Below, piece after piece: positions 50,954-59,475 of a DNA stretch of 64,000 nt; positions within the stretch are counted from its first letter, which is position 1, and every line of letters starts with the position of its first letter. Both the position numbers and the translations under genes were made by a program. This DNA is from Thermoleophilaceae bacterium (GTDB lineage: Bacteria > Actinomycetota > Thermoleophilia > Solirubrobacterales > Thermoleophilaceae): positions 4,759 through 68,758 of the forward strand of contig DATBDN010000004.1 of NCBI GenBank assembly GCA_036269895.1. The letters run 5' to 3'. Below the pieces are notes generated by a model. That model was given only the letters and a program-made list of their open reading frames with translations. It did not search any database and was not told the origin of the DNA.

Positions 50954-52149
50954 GCTGCCTCCAATACGAGGACGGCGTTGTGTCCGCCGAACCCGAACGA
51001 GTTGGTGATTGCGATCGGCGCATGGCCGTTGCGCTGCTCGAGCGGGCGCGACGAGCCCGGCACGTAGTCCAGATCGAGCCCCTCGTCGGGCTGCTCGTAT
51101 CCAAGCGTGGGCGCCACGACACCCGCGCGCAGCGAGGCGATCGTTGCGATCGCTTCGACCGCGCCCGCGGCGCCGAGCAGGTGGCCGATCGCCGATTTCG
51201 TCGAGCTGACGGGAATCTCGTGAGCGTGGTCGCCGAGCGCCTTCTTGATCGCCACCGTCTCGGAGCGGTCGTTGAGTGGCGTCGACGTGCCGTGCGCGTT
51301 CACGTAGTCCACGTCCTCGGGGCCGATGCCGGCGTCCGCGAGCGCGGCCTCGATCGCCGCGGCCGCGCCTTCGCCGTCGGCGCGCGGCGCGGTCAGGTGA
51401 TGCGCATCAGAGGTTTGCCCGATGCCGCGAACGACAGCGAGGATCTCGGCGCCGCGCGCGCGCGCCTTCTCACCGTCCTCCAGCACCAGCACGCCTGCGC
51501 CCTCGCCCATGATGAAACCGTCGCGACGCGCGTCGAACGGGCGCGAGACGCCGACCGTCGAGGTCGCGTCGAGCGCGCCGAAGGCCGCCCGCGAAAGCGG
51601 CGTGAGCGCTGCCTCCGAGCCGCCCGTGAGCACGGCGTCGGCGTCGCCCGTCTGGATCATGCGGACCGACGTGGCAAACGCGTTCGCGCCCGCTGCGCAG
51701 GCGGAGACGATGCCGAAGACGGGGCCGCGCAGGTCATGGCGCATCGCTATCGCGGCCGAGCCCGCGTTGCCCATCATCAGGGGGACCGCCAAAGGCGCGA
51801 CCTTCTCCGGCCCACCGTCGTACAGCGCCTCGACGTTCTGCTCGAGCGTGATCAGCCCGCCGATGCCGGTGCCGAGCACGCAGCCGACCCGGCTCGGGTC
51901 GTACGGGCGATCGTCACTCCAGCCCGCCTGGCCGACCGCCTGATCGGCGGACGCCAGCGCGAACTGGGTGAAGCGGTCCGCTCGCCGCGCTTCCTTGCGG
52001 GTGAAGAAGTCGAGCGGGTCGAAGTCCTTGCAAGGAGCTTCTCCGTCCTCGACCGCGACCTCGCCGGCGGCCCATTGCGTGAAGAGAGTGTCGGCGCCCA
52101 CGCCCAGCGGCGTGATGGCGCCAACTCCGGTGACAACGACTTCTCTCAT
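50950..52149 (-). CDS. fabF: Beta-ketoacyl-ACP synthase II (KAS II; FabF/KasA-like)
   Basis: VVVTGVGAITPLG, SACAAGA (active Cys), VNAHGTSTP, NSFGFGGHNAVL. Confidence 0.95.
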   Translation of the reverse strand: MREVVVTGVGAITPLGVGADTLFTQWAAGEVAVEDGEAPCKDFDPLDFFTRKEARRADRFTQFALASADQAVGQAGWSDDRPYDPSRVGCVLGTGIGGLITLEQNVEALYDGGPEKVAPLAVPLMMGNAGSAAIAMRHDLRGPVFGIVSACAAGANAFATSVRMIQTGDADAVLTGGSEAALTPLSRAAFGALDATSTVGVSRPFDARRDGFIMGEGAGVLVLEDGEKARARGAEILAVVRGIGQTSDAHHLTAPRADGEGAAAAIEAALADAGIGPEDVDYVNAHGTSTPLNDRSETVAIKKALGDHAHEIPVSSTKSAIGHLLGAAGAVEAIATIASLRAGVVAPTLGYEQPDEGLDLDYVPGSSRPLEQRNGHAPIAITNSFGFGGHNAVLVLEAA

Positions 52150-52151
52150 GA

Positions 52152-52397
52152 CTACTTGTTGGCGACGATGAAGTCGATCGCGTCGCCGACCGTCTTCAGG
52201 TTCTCGACGTCCGACGACTTGAACTTGACGCCGTACTCGTCCTCGACGATCTGCGACAGCTCGGCGAGGTCGAGCGAGTCGACATCGAGCTGCTCGAACG
52301 TCGCGTCACGCTTGATCTCTGCGGGATCGGCGCCGAAGGTCTCGAGCGACTTGTAGACGGTCGCCTCGACCTGGCTTGTATCGGTGGTGGTGGACAT
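52152..52397 (-). CDS. acpP: Acyl carrier protein
   Basis: 81 aa with LDVDSLDLAEL (phosphopantetheine Ser). Confidence 0.95.
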   Translation of the reverse strand: MSTTTDTSQVEATVYKSLETFGADPAEIKRDATFEQLDVDSLDLAELSQIVEDEYGVKFKSSDVENLKTVGDAIDFIVANK

Positions 52398-52409
52398 TGG
52401 TTTCTCCTT

Positions 52410-53147
52410 TCAGGCGGCCATGCCGCCATCGACATACAGCGTGGTTCCGGTTACGTAGGCGGCCGCGTCGGAGGCGAGGAAGCGCACACATGCGGCAACC
52501 TCTTCGGGTTGACCTGCCCGGCGCGCCGGGACCGCCTCCAGGACCTCGGGGGGCACATCCTTGGTCATCTCGGTGGCGATGAATCCGGGTGCGACGGCGT
52601 TCACCGTCACCCCCTTGCGCGCGACCTCCGCCGCGACCGTTTTCGTCATCCCGATCAGGCCCGCCTTCGAGGCGGCGTAGTTCGCCTGGCCGGGATTCGC
52701 GCGCGGCCCTACTACGGAGGCGACGTTGACGATGCGCCCGTAGCGCGCGCGCAGCATGCCGCGAATCGCCCGTCGCGTCAGCCGGAAGGCCGCGCTCAAG
52801 TTGGTGTCGAGGACCAGCTGCCAGTCCTCGTCGGAGATGGACAGCGCCAGGTTGTCCGCGCGCACGCCTGCGTTGTTGACCAGCCCGAGCACCGGCCCGA
52901 GCGCCTCCTCCGCCGCACCGAACGCCTCGTCGAGCTCGGCCGGCTCGCGCAGGTCGGCGCGAATCGCGACCGCGCGACCGCCGGCGTCGACGATCTGCTC
53001 GGCCAATGCCGTGGCCGCGTTGCCGCCATTGCGGTGCAGCACGGCGACCGCCCAGCCGTCGTCTGCCAGCTGCCCGGCCGTGGCTGCGCCGATGCCGCGA
53101 GCAGCTCCGGTCACGATGACGGCGGCGTTCTCCGGACGTGCGCTCAT
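52410..53147 (-). CDS. fabG: 3-oxoacyl-ACP reductase
   Basis: VTGAARGIG, NNAG, YAASKAG. The start is moved to ATG 53147 (ATGA overlap with the fabH stop). Confidence 0.9.
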   Translation of the reverse strand: MSARPENAAVIVTGAARGIGAATAGQLADDGWAVAVLHRNGGNAATALAEQIVDAGGRAVAIRADLREPAELDEAFGAAEEALGPVLGLVNNAGVRADNLALSISDEDWQLVLDTNLSAAFRLTRRAIRGMLRARYGRIVNVASVVGPRANPGQANYAASKAGLIGMTKTVAAEVARKGVTVNAVAPGFIATEMTKDVPPEVLEAVPARRAGQPEEVAACVRFLASDAAAYVTGTTLYVDGGMAA

Positions 53148-54136
53148 GCGTTCCCCCACTCCACAACGACGGCGCCCCAGGTGAAGCCGGCGCCGACGGC
53201 GCCGAGCAGCACCTTCGCGCCGTCCGCCAGCAGGCCGCGCTCGCGCGCCTCGGCGAGCGCCAGCGGGATGCTCGCGGCAGAGGTGTTCCCCATCTCCGCG
53301 ATCACGTCGAGCACACGCTCGGGCTCGACGCCCAGGCCCTCGGCGACCGCGGCGACGATCCGCCCGTTCGCCTGGTGCAACACGAACAGGTCGATCTCGT
53401 CCAGCTCGAGGCCGTTGGCGGCGACGGTTTCGATCGCGTTGTTGACAAACGTCTTGATAGCCCGCTTGAAGGTCTCGTGGCCGTCCATGCGCATCAGCCC
53501 GGTGTCGCGCGGCGCGAAGATGTACGGCGCGGCCGAGCCGTCTGAGCCGAGCACGCCGCGGCCGACCGTTCCCTGCTCGCGCGGCGCCAGCAGCACTGCG
53601 CCGGCGCCGTCGCCGAAAAGGCCGGCGGTGGAGCGGTCGTCGTAGTTGGTGTGGCGCGAGAGGATCTCAGCGCCGATCACGAGCACGCGCTCGGCGCGCC
53701 CGGACTCGATCAGGCCCGCGGCGAAGTTGAGCCCGCTCACGAAGCCGCTGCAGGCGGCGCCGATGTCGGCGGCGGAGGCGCCGTAGGCCCCGATTGCGTA
53801 CGCCACCTGCGGCGCTGCGTTCGGAGTGACCTCGTCGGCCGACAGCGTCGCCACGAGCACGGTATCCACCTCGCCCGCCTCGACTTCGGCGTCGATCAGC
53901 GCCGCACGCGCGGCGTCGGCGGCCAGGTCGCTTAGCCGTGCATCCGGTGCGGCACGGCGGCGCGACGCGATCCCGGTGCGGCGCTCGATCCAGCCGTGCG
54001 GCACGCCGACGCGCTCCGCGATCGTGTCGCTCGGCACCGCCTCCGGCGGCAGCGCGGCGCCCAGGCCGACGATGCCGGCGGTCACCAGCGAGCGCTCGCC
54101 CTGCGTGGGTGCAGGCGCCTCAACCGGCCAGCGCAT
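53144..54136 (-). CDS. fabH: Beta-ketoacyl-ACP synthase III
   Basis: AACSGF (active Cys), LHQANGRI, EMGNTSAASIP. The start is uncertain: ATG 54136 or GTG 54085. Confidence 0.9.
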   Translation of the reverse strand: MRWPVEAPAPTQGERSLVTAGIVGLGAALPPEAVPSDTIAERVGVPHGWIERRTGIASRRRAAPDARLSDLAADAARAALIDAEVEAGEVDTVLVATLSADEVTPNAAPQVAYAIGAYGASAADIGAACSGFVSGLNFAAGLIESGRAERVLVIGAEILSRHTNYDDRSTAGLFGDGAGAVLLAPREQGTVGRGVLGSDGSAAPYIFAPRDTGLMRMDGHETFKRAIKTFVNNAIETVAANGLELDEIDLFVLHQANGRIVAAVAEGLGVEPERVLDVIAEMGNTSAASIPLALAEARERGLLADGAKVLLGAVGAGFTWGAVVVEWGNA

Positions 54137-54971
54137 GTGCCTTGAGGGTCGGGAGGTTGCGGGGTACGAGGCGCGCAAGCACGCGACCCGGCCCGACATC
54201 GACGAAGTCGCGCGCGCCCATCTCGGACAGCGCCACCATGACCTCGCGCCAGCGCACCGGGGCGATGAGCGCATCCGCGAGCTGCTGCGCGAAGTCCGTG
54301 AACGGCGCCGCCGTGACGCCCGAGACCACGGGCACGCTGGGATCGCTCCAGTCGGTGGCGCGCAGCTCTTCGAGGAACGGCTCGCGCGCCGACGCAACGG
54401 CCGGCGAGTGGAACGCACCCGCGACATCGAGCACCATCGCCTTGAAGCCGGCATCGCGAGCGGCGTGCGTGAGCGCCTCGATCTGGCTGGTGTGGCCGGA
54501 GAGCACGAGCTGACCGGGAGCGTTGTCGTTGGCGATCGCGAGGCCGTGATCGGCTGCGAGTCGTTCCGCGTCCTCAGCGTCGCCGCCGAGCAGCGCGACC
54601 ATGCCGCCATCCGCGCCGTGCTCGACGGCGGCCACCTGCATCAGGCGGCCGCGCAGCACGACGAGGCGGAGCGCGTCTTCGACGGCCACGGCACCGGCGG
54701 CCGCGAGCGCAGACAGCTCGCCCAGCGAGTGGCCTGCCATCGCGAACACGTCGGCGACGTCGTTCTCGCGCCAGCCCGCGATGCTCGCGAGGAAGATCGC
54801 CGGCTGGGCGAACTCGGTGCTCTCGTGGGCGCGCTCGAACGGGTCGCTGCCGACGAGCTCGATGGCCTGATTGACAAGGTCGGGGCACACGGCGCGCGCG
54901 TGATCGCCCGCATCGGACGTCAGGCTGCCTTGCCCCGGAAAGAGGACTGCGGTCGGCGTCATCACAAACAC
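54120..54971 (-). CDS. fabD: Malonyl-CoA:ACP transacylase
   Basis: LFPGQGS, GHSLGE (active Ser), AFHS. Confidence 0.9.
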   Translation of the reverse strand: MFVMTPTAVLFPGQGSLTSDAGDHARAVCPDLVNQAIELVGSDPFERAHESTEFAQPAIFLASIAGWRENDVADVFAMAGHSLGELSALAAAGAVAVEDALRLVVLRGRLMQVAAVEHGADGGMVALLGGDAEDAERLAADHGLAIANDNAPGQLVLSGHTSQIEALTHAARDAGFKAMVLDVAGAFHSPAVASAREPFLEELRATDWSDPSVPVVSGVTAAPFTDFAQQLADALIAPVRWREVMVALSEMGARDFVDVGPGRVLARLVPRNLPTLKAHALAG

Positions 54972-55039
54972 CCAATCCCCGGGGAACTGCGATGGCTACG
55001 CCGGTACGGCCACTAACCCCCCGCCCGGGTGGAAGGCGT

Positions 55040-55666
55040 TCAGGCGAGCAGACCCATCCGCTGGGCGCGCTGTACCGCCTCCGTCCGATTGCGGACCCCG
55101 AGCTTGCGAAACAGCCCGCTTGTGTGCTCCTTGACCGTGTTCGGCGAGAGGTAGAGGCTGCCGGCGATTTCGCGGTTCGTGGCGCCCGACGCCATCAGCT
55201 CGAGCACCTCGCGCTCGCGATCGGTCAGCACGAACGCGGGGCGATCGCTTTGCGGCGGGAACACGGTCTTGCCGAGCCCAACCAGGCGCACCGCACGCAC
55301 GATCTCGGTGCTCGACCAGTCCTTCGACACGAAGCCGGATGCGCCGGCGGCGCGCGCAGCGCTCTTCGAGATACGCCCCGCGCCGGAGATCAGGAGCACC
55401 TTCGGCGCCGGCGCCTCCTGGCGCAGGCGCTCGCAGATCTCGGCGCCCGACTCCTCGCCGACGAACAGGTCGACGAGCGCGACGTGCGGCTCGAAGCGGC
55501 GTGTATGTCCGATCGCCTCCTCGGCCGTGCGCGCGCTCAGGCAGCGCGTGACCCACGGCTGCTGGCTGAAGAGAAGCCGGAAGCCCCAGTGGACCACGTC
55601 GTGGTCATCCACGATCAGGATGGAGAGCTTGCGGCCGCCGTCTTCCACGACTGCCTCAGTCGCCAC
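55040..55666 (-). CDS. NarL/FixJ-family response regulator
   Basis: Receiver (ILIVDDHDVV.., VALVDLF) plus LuxR HTH (LTDREREVLELMASGATNREIAGSLYLSPNTVKEHTSGLFRKLGV). Confidence 0.9.
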   Translation of the reverse strand: MATEAVVEDGGRKLSILIVDDHDVVHWGFRLLFSQQPWVTRCLSARTAEEAIGHTRRFEPHVALVDLFVGEESGAEICERLRQEAPAPKVLLISGAGRISKSAARAAGASGFVSKDWSSTEIVRAVRLVGLGKTVFPPQSDRPAFVLTDREREVLELMASGATNREIAGSLYLSPNTVKEHTSGLFRKLGVRNRTEAVQRAQRMGLLA

Positions 55667-56810
55667 CCGTCGGCACCACCAGCCGAACCTGCCATTTATT
55701 GCCGTCGCGGGCGCCGAACTCGACGAAGCCGCCCACCTGCAGCGCCTCGAACGCAGCCAGGCGCAGGCCCATACCCGTCGATTGCGTCGCTCCTGAGCCG
55801 TTGACGCCGTCGTTGACGACCTCGAGCACGAACACGCCGTCGCGCCGGCCTGCGGTGACGGTTACGAGCGTCGGCTGCGCGTGCTTCTGGGCGTTGCGCA
55901 GGGCCTCGCGCAGGATGGACTGTGCAAGCGGCTCGAGCTCCGCGGGGACTTCCAGGTTCGAGTCGGGGTGCAGCTCGATGCGTGGCTTGGTGTTGCTGCG
56001 AGTGAGGCGCTTCACTTCTTCGGCGAGCGTGGTCGCGGTCGGCCGCGGCGTGCGGCCGAGCGGTTGCTGCACCACCGTCTTCAGCTCGCTGAGCGCGTGC
56101 TGGATCTCACCGGCTGCACGCCTGCGCGCCTCGGCCGGGAAGTCGCCCTGGGAGTCGAGAGCGAGCGACACACCGAACAGTCGCTGCACCACTCGCTCGT
56201 GTACCTCGCGGGCGATGTCGATGCGCTCCTGCAGTTCGCGCGCCCGCTGGCCCTCGAAAGTCGCTATGCGCGCGGCCGACGCCAACGCCGCCGTCTTGCC
56301 GAGCGTCCACAGCAGATGCTGCTCGCGCTGGTCGAGCGCGGCGCCGCTGCGGCGGTCGCACAGTGCGACGCCGATCCAGCGCCCGGCGGCGGCGAGCGGC
56401 ACGCAGACGAGCGTGCCGCCGTGGATGAGCGATCGGTAGCGCTCCGGGACCGCGTCCGGGTCCGGCGACTGAATCTCGATCACGGCGTCGCGCTCGAGCG
56501 CCTGGCGCGCGATCGGAGCCGACTCGACCGACACCTCGTCGTCGTGGAACAGGTTGATGTCGAGGTTGTGCGTGCCCGCCACCGTGACCCGGCGGAGGGC
56601 GTCGTCATAGCGAAAGAGCACCGCCCGGTCCATCGACGCGAGCGTGCAGATCACGTAGCAAAGTCGCCCGTAGAAGGCGTCCTGGCTTGTGCCCGCCTCG
56701 GCGTCCACGAGCACTTCGGCGAAGGCGTCGAGCGCTTCTATTGGGCCTGGTGGATAGGCGGCATTCATTGGCCTGGGCTCAGGGATTGACACATGGTCGC
56801 ACTTCGTCAT
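55656..56810 (-). CDS. Cytoplasmic GAF-domain sensor histidine kinase (HisKA_3 / HATPase_c)
   Basis: No TM segment. GAF-like N-terminal half. H-box IAREVHERVVQRLF. N/G boxes (REALRNAQKHA, GMGLR). It overlaps the regulator gene by 11 nt. The start may be ATG 56768. Confidence 0.85.
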   Translation of the reverse strand: MTKCDHVSIPEPRPMNAAYPPGPIEALDAFAEVLVDAEAGTSQDAFYGRLCYVICTLASMDRAVLFRYDDALRRVTVAGTHNLDINLFHDDEVSVESAPIARQALERDAVIEIQSPDPDAVPERYRSLIHGGTLVCVPLAAAGRWIGVALCDRRSGAALDQREQHLLWTLGKTAALASAARIATFEGQRARELQERIDIAREVHERVVQRLFGVSLALDSQGDFPAEARRRAAGEIQHALSELKTVVQQPLGRTPRPTATTLAEEVKRLTRSNTKPRIELHPDSNLEVPAELEPLAQSILREALRNAQKHAQPTLVTVTAGRRDGVFVLEVVNDGVNGSGATQSTGMGLRLAAFEALQVGGFVEFGARDGNKWQVRLVVPTGGD

Positions 56811-56884
56811 AACCGGCTTCGCAGCACCGGGTACACGTGCATGCGCACTGGCACCCCCCGGTTGGGTGGGTAGCGTGCGCGCAC

Positions 56885-58024
56885 ATGGAGTCCGTGTTCA
56901 TCACGGAGCTTGACACGGACCGCGACGGTCTGACGCTGGCGGTCAAGGACCTGTTCGACACCGCCGGCATCCGGACGACCTACGGCTCGGCCATCTTCCG
57001 CGACCACGTCCCGGATGCGACCGCGTCCGCCGTGGCGCGGTTGGAGGACGCCGGCTACGTGAACGCGGGGAAAGCAAACTTGCATGAATTCGCCTGGGGC
57101 ATCACTTCAGAGAACGAGCACTATGGCTGGGTGCCGAACCCGGTCGCGCCGGGGCGGATCGCCGGCGGCTCGAGCGGCGGCTGTGCGGCCGCACTCGCAG
57201 CCGGGCTCGTGGACGCCGCACTTGGCACCGACTCGGGCGGCTCTGTCCGGATCCCGGCTGCGTGCTGCGGCATCACCGGCTTCAAGCCCACGTACGGGCT
57301 GATCCCACTCGACGGCTGCTTCCCGCTCGCCCGCAGCTACGACCACGCCGGGCCGATGGCTCGCGACGTCGCAGGGTGCGAGCGCATGATGGAGGCGCTC
57401 GTGCCCGGCTTCAGCGTGGCTGAGGTGGCCGTCGACGAGCTCGCGATCGGGGTCGCCTGGACCCAGCTCGCCGATCCCCTGGTGCGCGAACGGGTCGAGC
57501 GGGTGGCCGAGCTGCTGCCCGGCGCACGCTGGCTGGACGTGCCGCTGCCGCCGGGCACGGCCTACCCCGGCTTCCAGCGCGAGGCTGCCGAAGTGCACGA
57601 GCCGCTCTGGCGCGAACACCGCGATCTGTATGGCGAGAACGTGGCGACCAAGCTGCAGCGCGCGCTACGCGTGAGCGACGGCGACGTCGAGCGCGCCGCG
57701 CGCGAGCGGCAGCTCTACCGCGAGCGAGTGGCCGCCGCCATGGAAGGCGTCGACCTGCTGCTCACTCCCACGCTCACGATGGTCGCGCCGCCGGCCGGGG
57801 CCGGCGACCTCGCGCTGCGCGACTCGGTGCTACGGCTGACGCTGCCGTGGAACGCGGTCGGCGCGCCGGCACTCGCTTTTCCCTGCGGCCCAGCGGAACA
57901 CGGCCTGCCGGCATCGGCGCAGTTGGTCGGCCCGCCTGGACGAGACGCGCTCGTGCTTGCGGCGGGACACGCGCTGGAAGAGCGACTGCGTGCTCAGAGG
58001 GGCGGGGGCGGCGGCTCGCGGTAG
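56885..58024 (+). CDS. Amidase-signature family enzyme
   Basis: AVKDLFDTAGIRTTYGS, GGSSGGCAAA. The start is moved to ATG 56885. Confidence 0.85.
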   Translation: MESVFITELDTDRDGLTLAVKDLFDTAGIRTTYGSAIFRDHVPDATASAVARLEDAGYVNAGKANLHEFAWGITSENEHYGWVPNPVAPGRIAGGSSGGCAAALAAGLVDAALGTDSGGSVRIPAACCGITGFKPTYGLIPLDGCFPLARSYDHAGPMARDVAGCERMMEALVPGFSVAEVAVDELAIGVAWTQLADPLVRERVERVAELLPGARWLDVPLPPGTAYPGFQREAAEVHEPLWREHRDLYGENVATKLQRALRVSDGDVERAARERQLYRERVAAAMEGVDLLLTPTLTMVAPPAGAGDLALRDSVLRLTLPWNAVGAPALAFPCGPAEHGLPASAQLVGPPGRDALVLAAGHALEERLRAQRGGGGGSR

Positions 58025-58194
58025 CGCGACCCGCGGCCGAACTCGAGAAACAGGCCGAGGATCAGGCCGACGATGCCGACGACGATCAGGATCGTCCCGA
58101 CCGTCTGGATGTCGACGCCCGCGACCGTCGCGGTTACCGCGTAGTGCAGGATCGCGCCGATCGCGATCATCAGCAGGGAGCCTCCGATCGTCAT
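57994..58194 (-). CDS. Small two-TM membrane protein
   Basis: 66 aa: LLMIAIGAILHYAV.. and TILIVVGIVGLILGLFL. It overlaps the amidase 3' end convergently by 31 nt. Confidence 0.45.
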   Translation of the reverse strand: MTIGGSLLMIAIGAILHYAVTATVAGVDIQTVGTILIVVGIVGLILGLFLEFGRGSRYREPPPPPL

Positions 58195-58235
58195 GCCCCA
58201 CGAGCCTAACGTGCCCTGCCAGTAGCGTGCCGCCC

Positions 58236-59402
58236 ATGGAGAGACGAGGACCGTTGCAGGACGTCCGCGTGCTCGAGATCGCCGGAATCGGACCTGGCCC
58301 GTTTGCAGCGATGATGCTCGCGGACATGGGCGCCGATGTCCTGCGCCTCGACCGTGTTGGCGGCAGTGGGCTCGGCACGGGGCGCGCGGCCCTGCTTAAC
58401 CGCGGCCGCCCGTCCGCAGCCATCGACCTCAAGCATCCGGACGGCCGCGTGCTCGTCCTGCGGCTTGCCAAATCCGCCGACGCGCTGCTCGAGGGCTTCC
58501 GCCCGGGCGTGATGGAGCGCCTCGGGCTCGGCCCCGAGTCGCTGCTCGCAGCCAACCCACGCCTCGTGTACGGGCGGATGACCGGCTACGGCCAGGACGG
58601 GCCGCTCGCGCCGGTCGCCGGACACGACATCAACTACATCTCGATCGCAGGCGCGCTCGGCGCGATCCGGCGCGAGGACGAGCGTCCGCTCGCGCCACTC
58701 AACCTGGTGGCCGACTTCGGCGGCGGCGGGATGTTGCTGGCGTTCGGCGTCGTCTGCGCACTGCTCGAGGCGCGCATGTCGGGGCGCGGCCAGGTGGTTG
58801 ACGCTGCCATGGTCGAGGGGTCCGCGCTGCTGATGACGATGATCCACGGGATGCGCGCCCAGGGCATCTGGGACGGCGCGCCCGGCACGAATTGGCTCGA
58901 CAGCGGCGCGCACTGGTACGACGTCTACGAGGCCGCGGACGGCGGCCATGTCGCGGTCGGCGCGCTCGAGCCGCAGTTCTACGCGGAGCTGTTGAGGCTG
59001 ATGGAGCTAGACCCAGACGACCACCCGCAGTGGGAGCGGGATCGCTGGCCGGAGCTGAAGGAGCGGTTCGCCGCAGTCTTCCGCACGCGCACGCGCGCTG
59101 AGTGGGCGGAGCTGCTCGAGCGCGGTGACGCGTGCGCGACGCCGGTGCTGGAGCTCGAGGAGGCACCCGAGCATCCGCACAACGTCGCCCGCGAAGCGTT
59201 CGTGGCCGTCGACGGCGTAGTCCAGCCGGCGCCGGCGCCGCGCTTCAGCCGCACGCCCGGCGCAGTGCAGCGGCCGCCGGCGGAGCCGGGCGGCGACACC
59301 CGTGAGGCGCTAGCCGACTGGGGGCTCGAGCGGGCCGAGATCGAGGCGCTGCTCGAGAGCGGCGCGATAGCCGAGGCGGCGGTCAGCGCGCGACGAGCGT
59401 GA
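58236..59402 (+). CDS. Family III CoA-transferase (CaiB/BaiF; alpha-methylacyl-CoA racemase-like)
   Basis: GPLQDVRVLEIAGIGPGPFAAMMLADMGADVLRLDR, GHDINYI. The start is moved to ATG 58236. Confidence 0.85.
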   Translation: MERRGPLQDVRVLEIAGIGPGPFAAMMLADMGADVLRLDRVGGSGLGTGRAALLNRGRPSAAIDLKHPDGRVLVLRLAKSADALLEGFRPGVMERLGLGPESLLAANPRLVYGRMTGYGQDGPLAPVAGHDINYISIAGALGAIRREDERPLAPLNLVADFGGGGMLLAFGVVCALLEARMSGRGQVVDAAMVEGSALLMTMIHGMRAQGIWDGAPGTNWLDSGAHWYDVYEAADGGHVAVGALEPQFYAELLRLMELDPDDHPQWERDRWPELKERFAAVFRTRTRAEWAELLERGDACATPVLELEEAPEHPHNVAREAFVAVDGVVQPAPAPRFSRTPGAVQRPPAEPGGDTREALADWGLERAEIEALLESGAIAEAAVSARRA

Positions 59403-59410
59403 AGCGTTCG

Positions 59411-59443
59411 GTTCACAACTTGTTCACGACATGTTCACGTCGG
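59411..59443 (+). promoter_or_regulatory. Three direct GTTCAC repeats at exact 11-bp spacing (PHO-box-like, PhoP/OmpR-family site)
   Basis: GTTCAC occurs at 59411-59416, 59422-59427 and 59433-59438. The units are GTTCACAACTT / GTTCACGACAT / GTTCACGTCGG. They lie directly upstream of the CHAD operon. Confidence 0.5.
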
Positions 59444-59475
59444 CAGGGCTTTCCTGTTGCAAGATTTGGCCGTCT

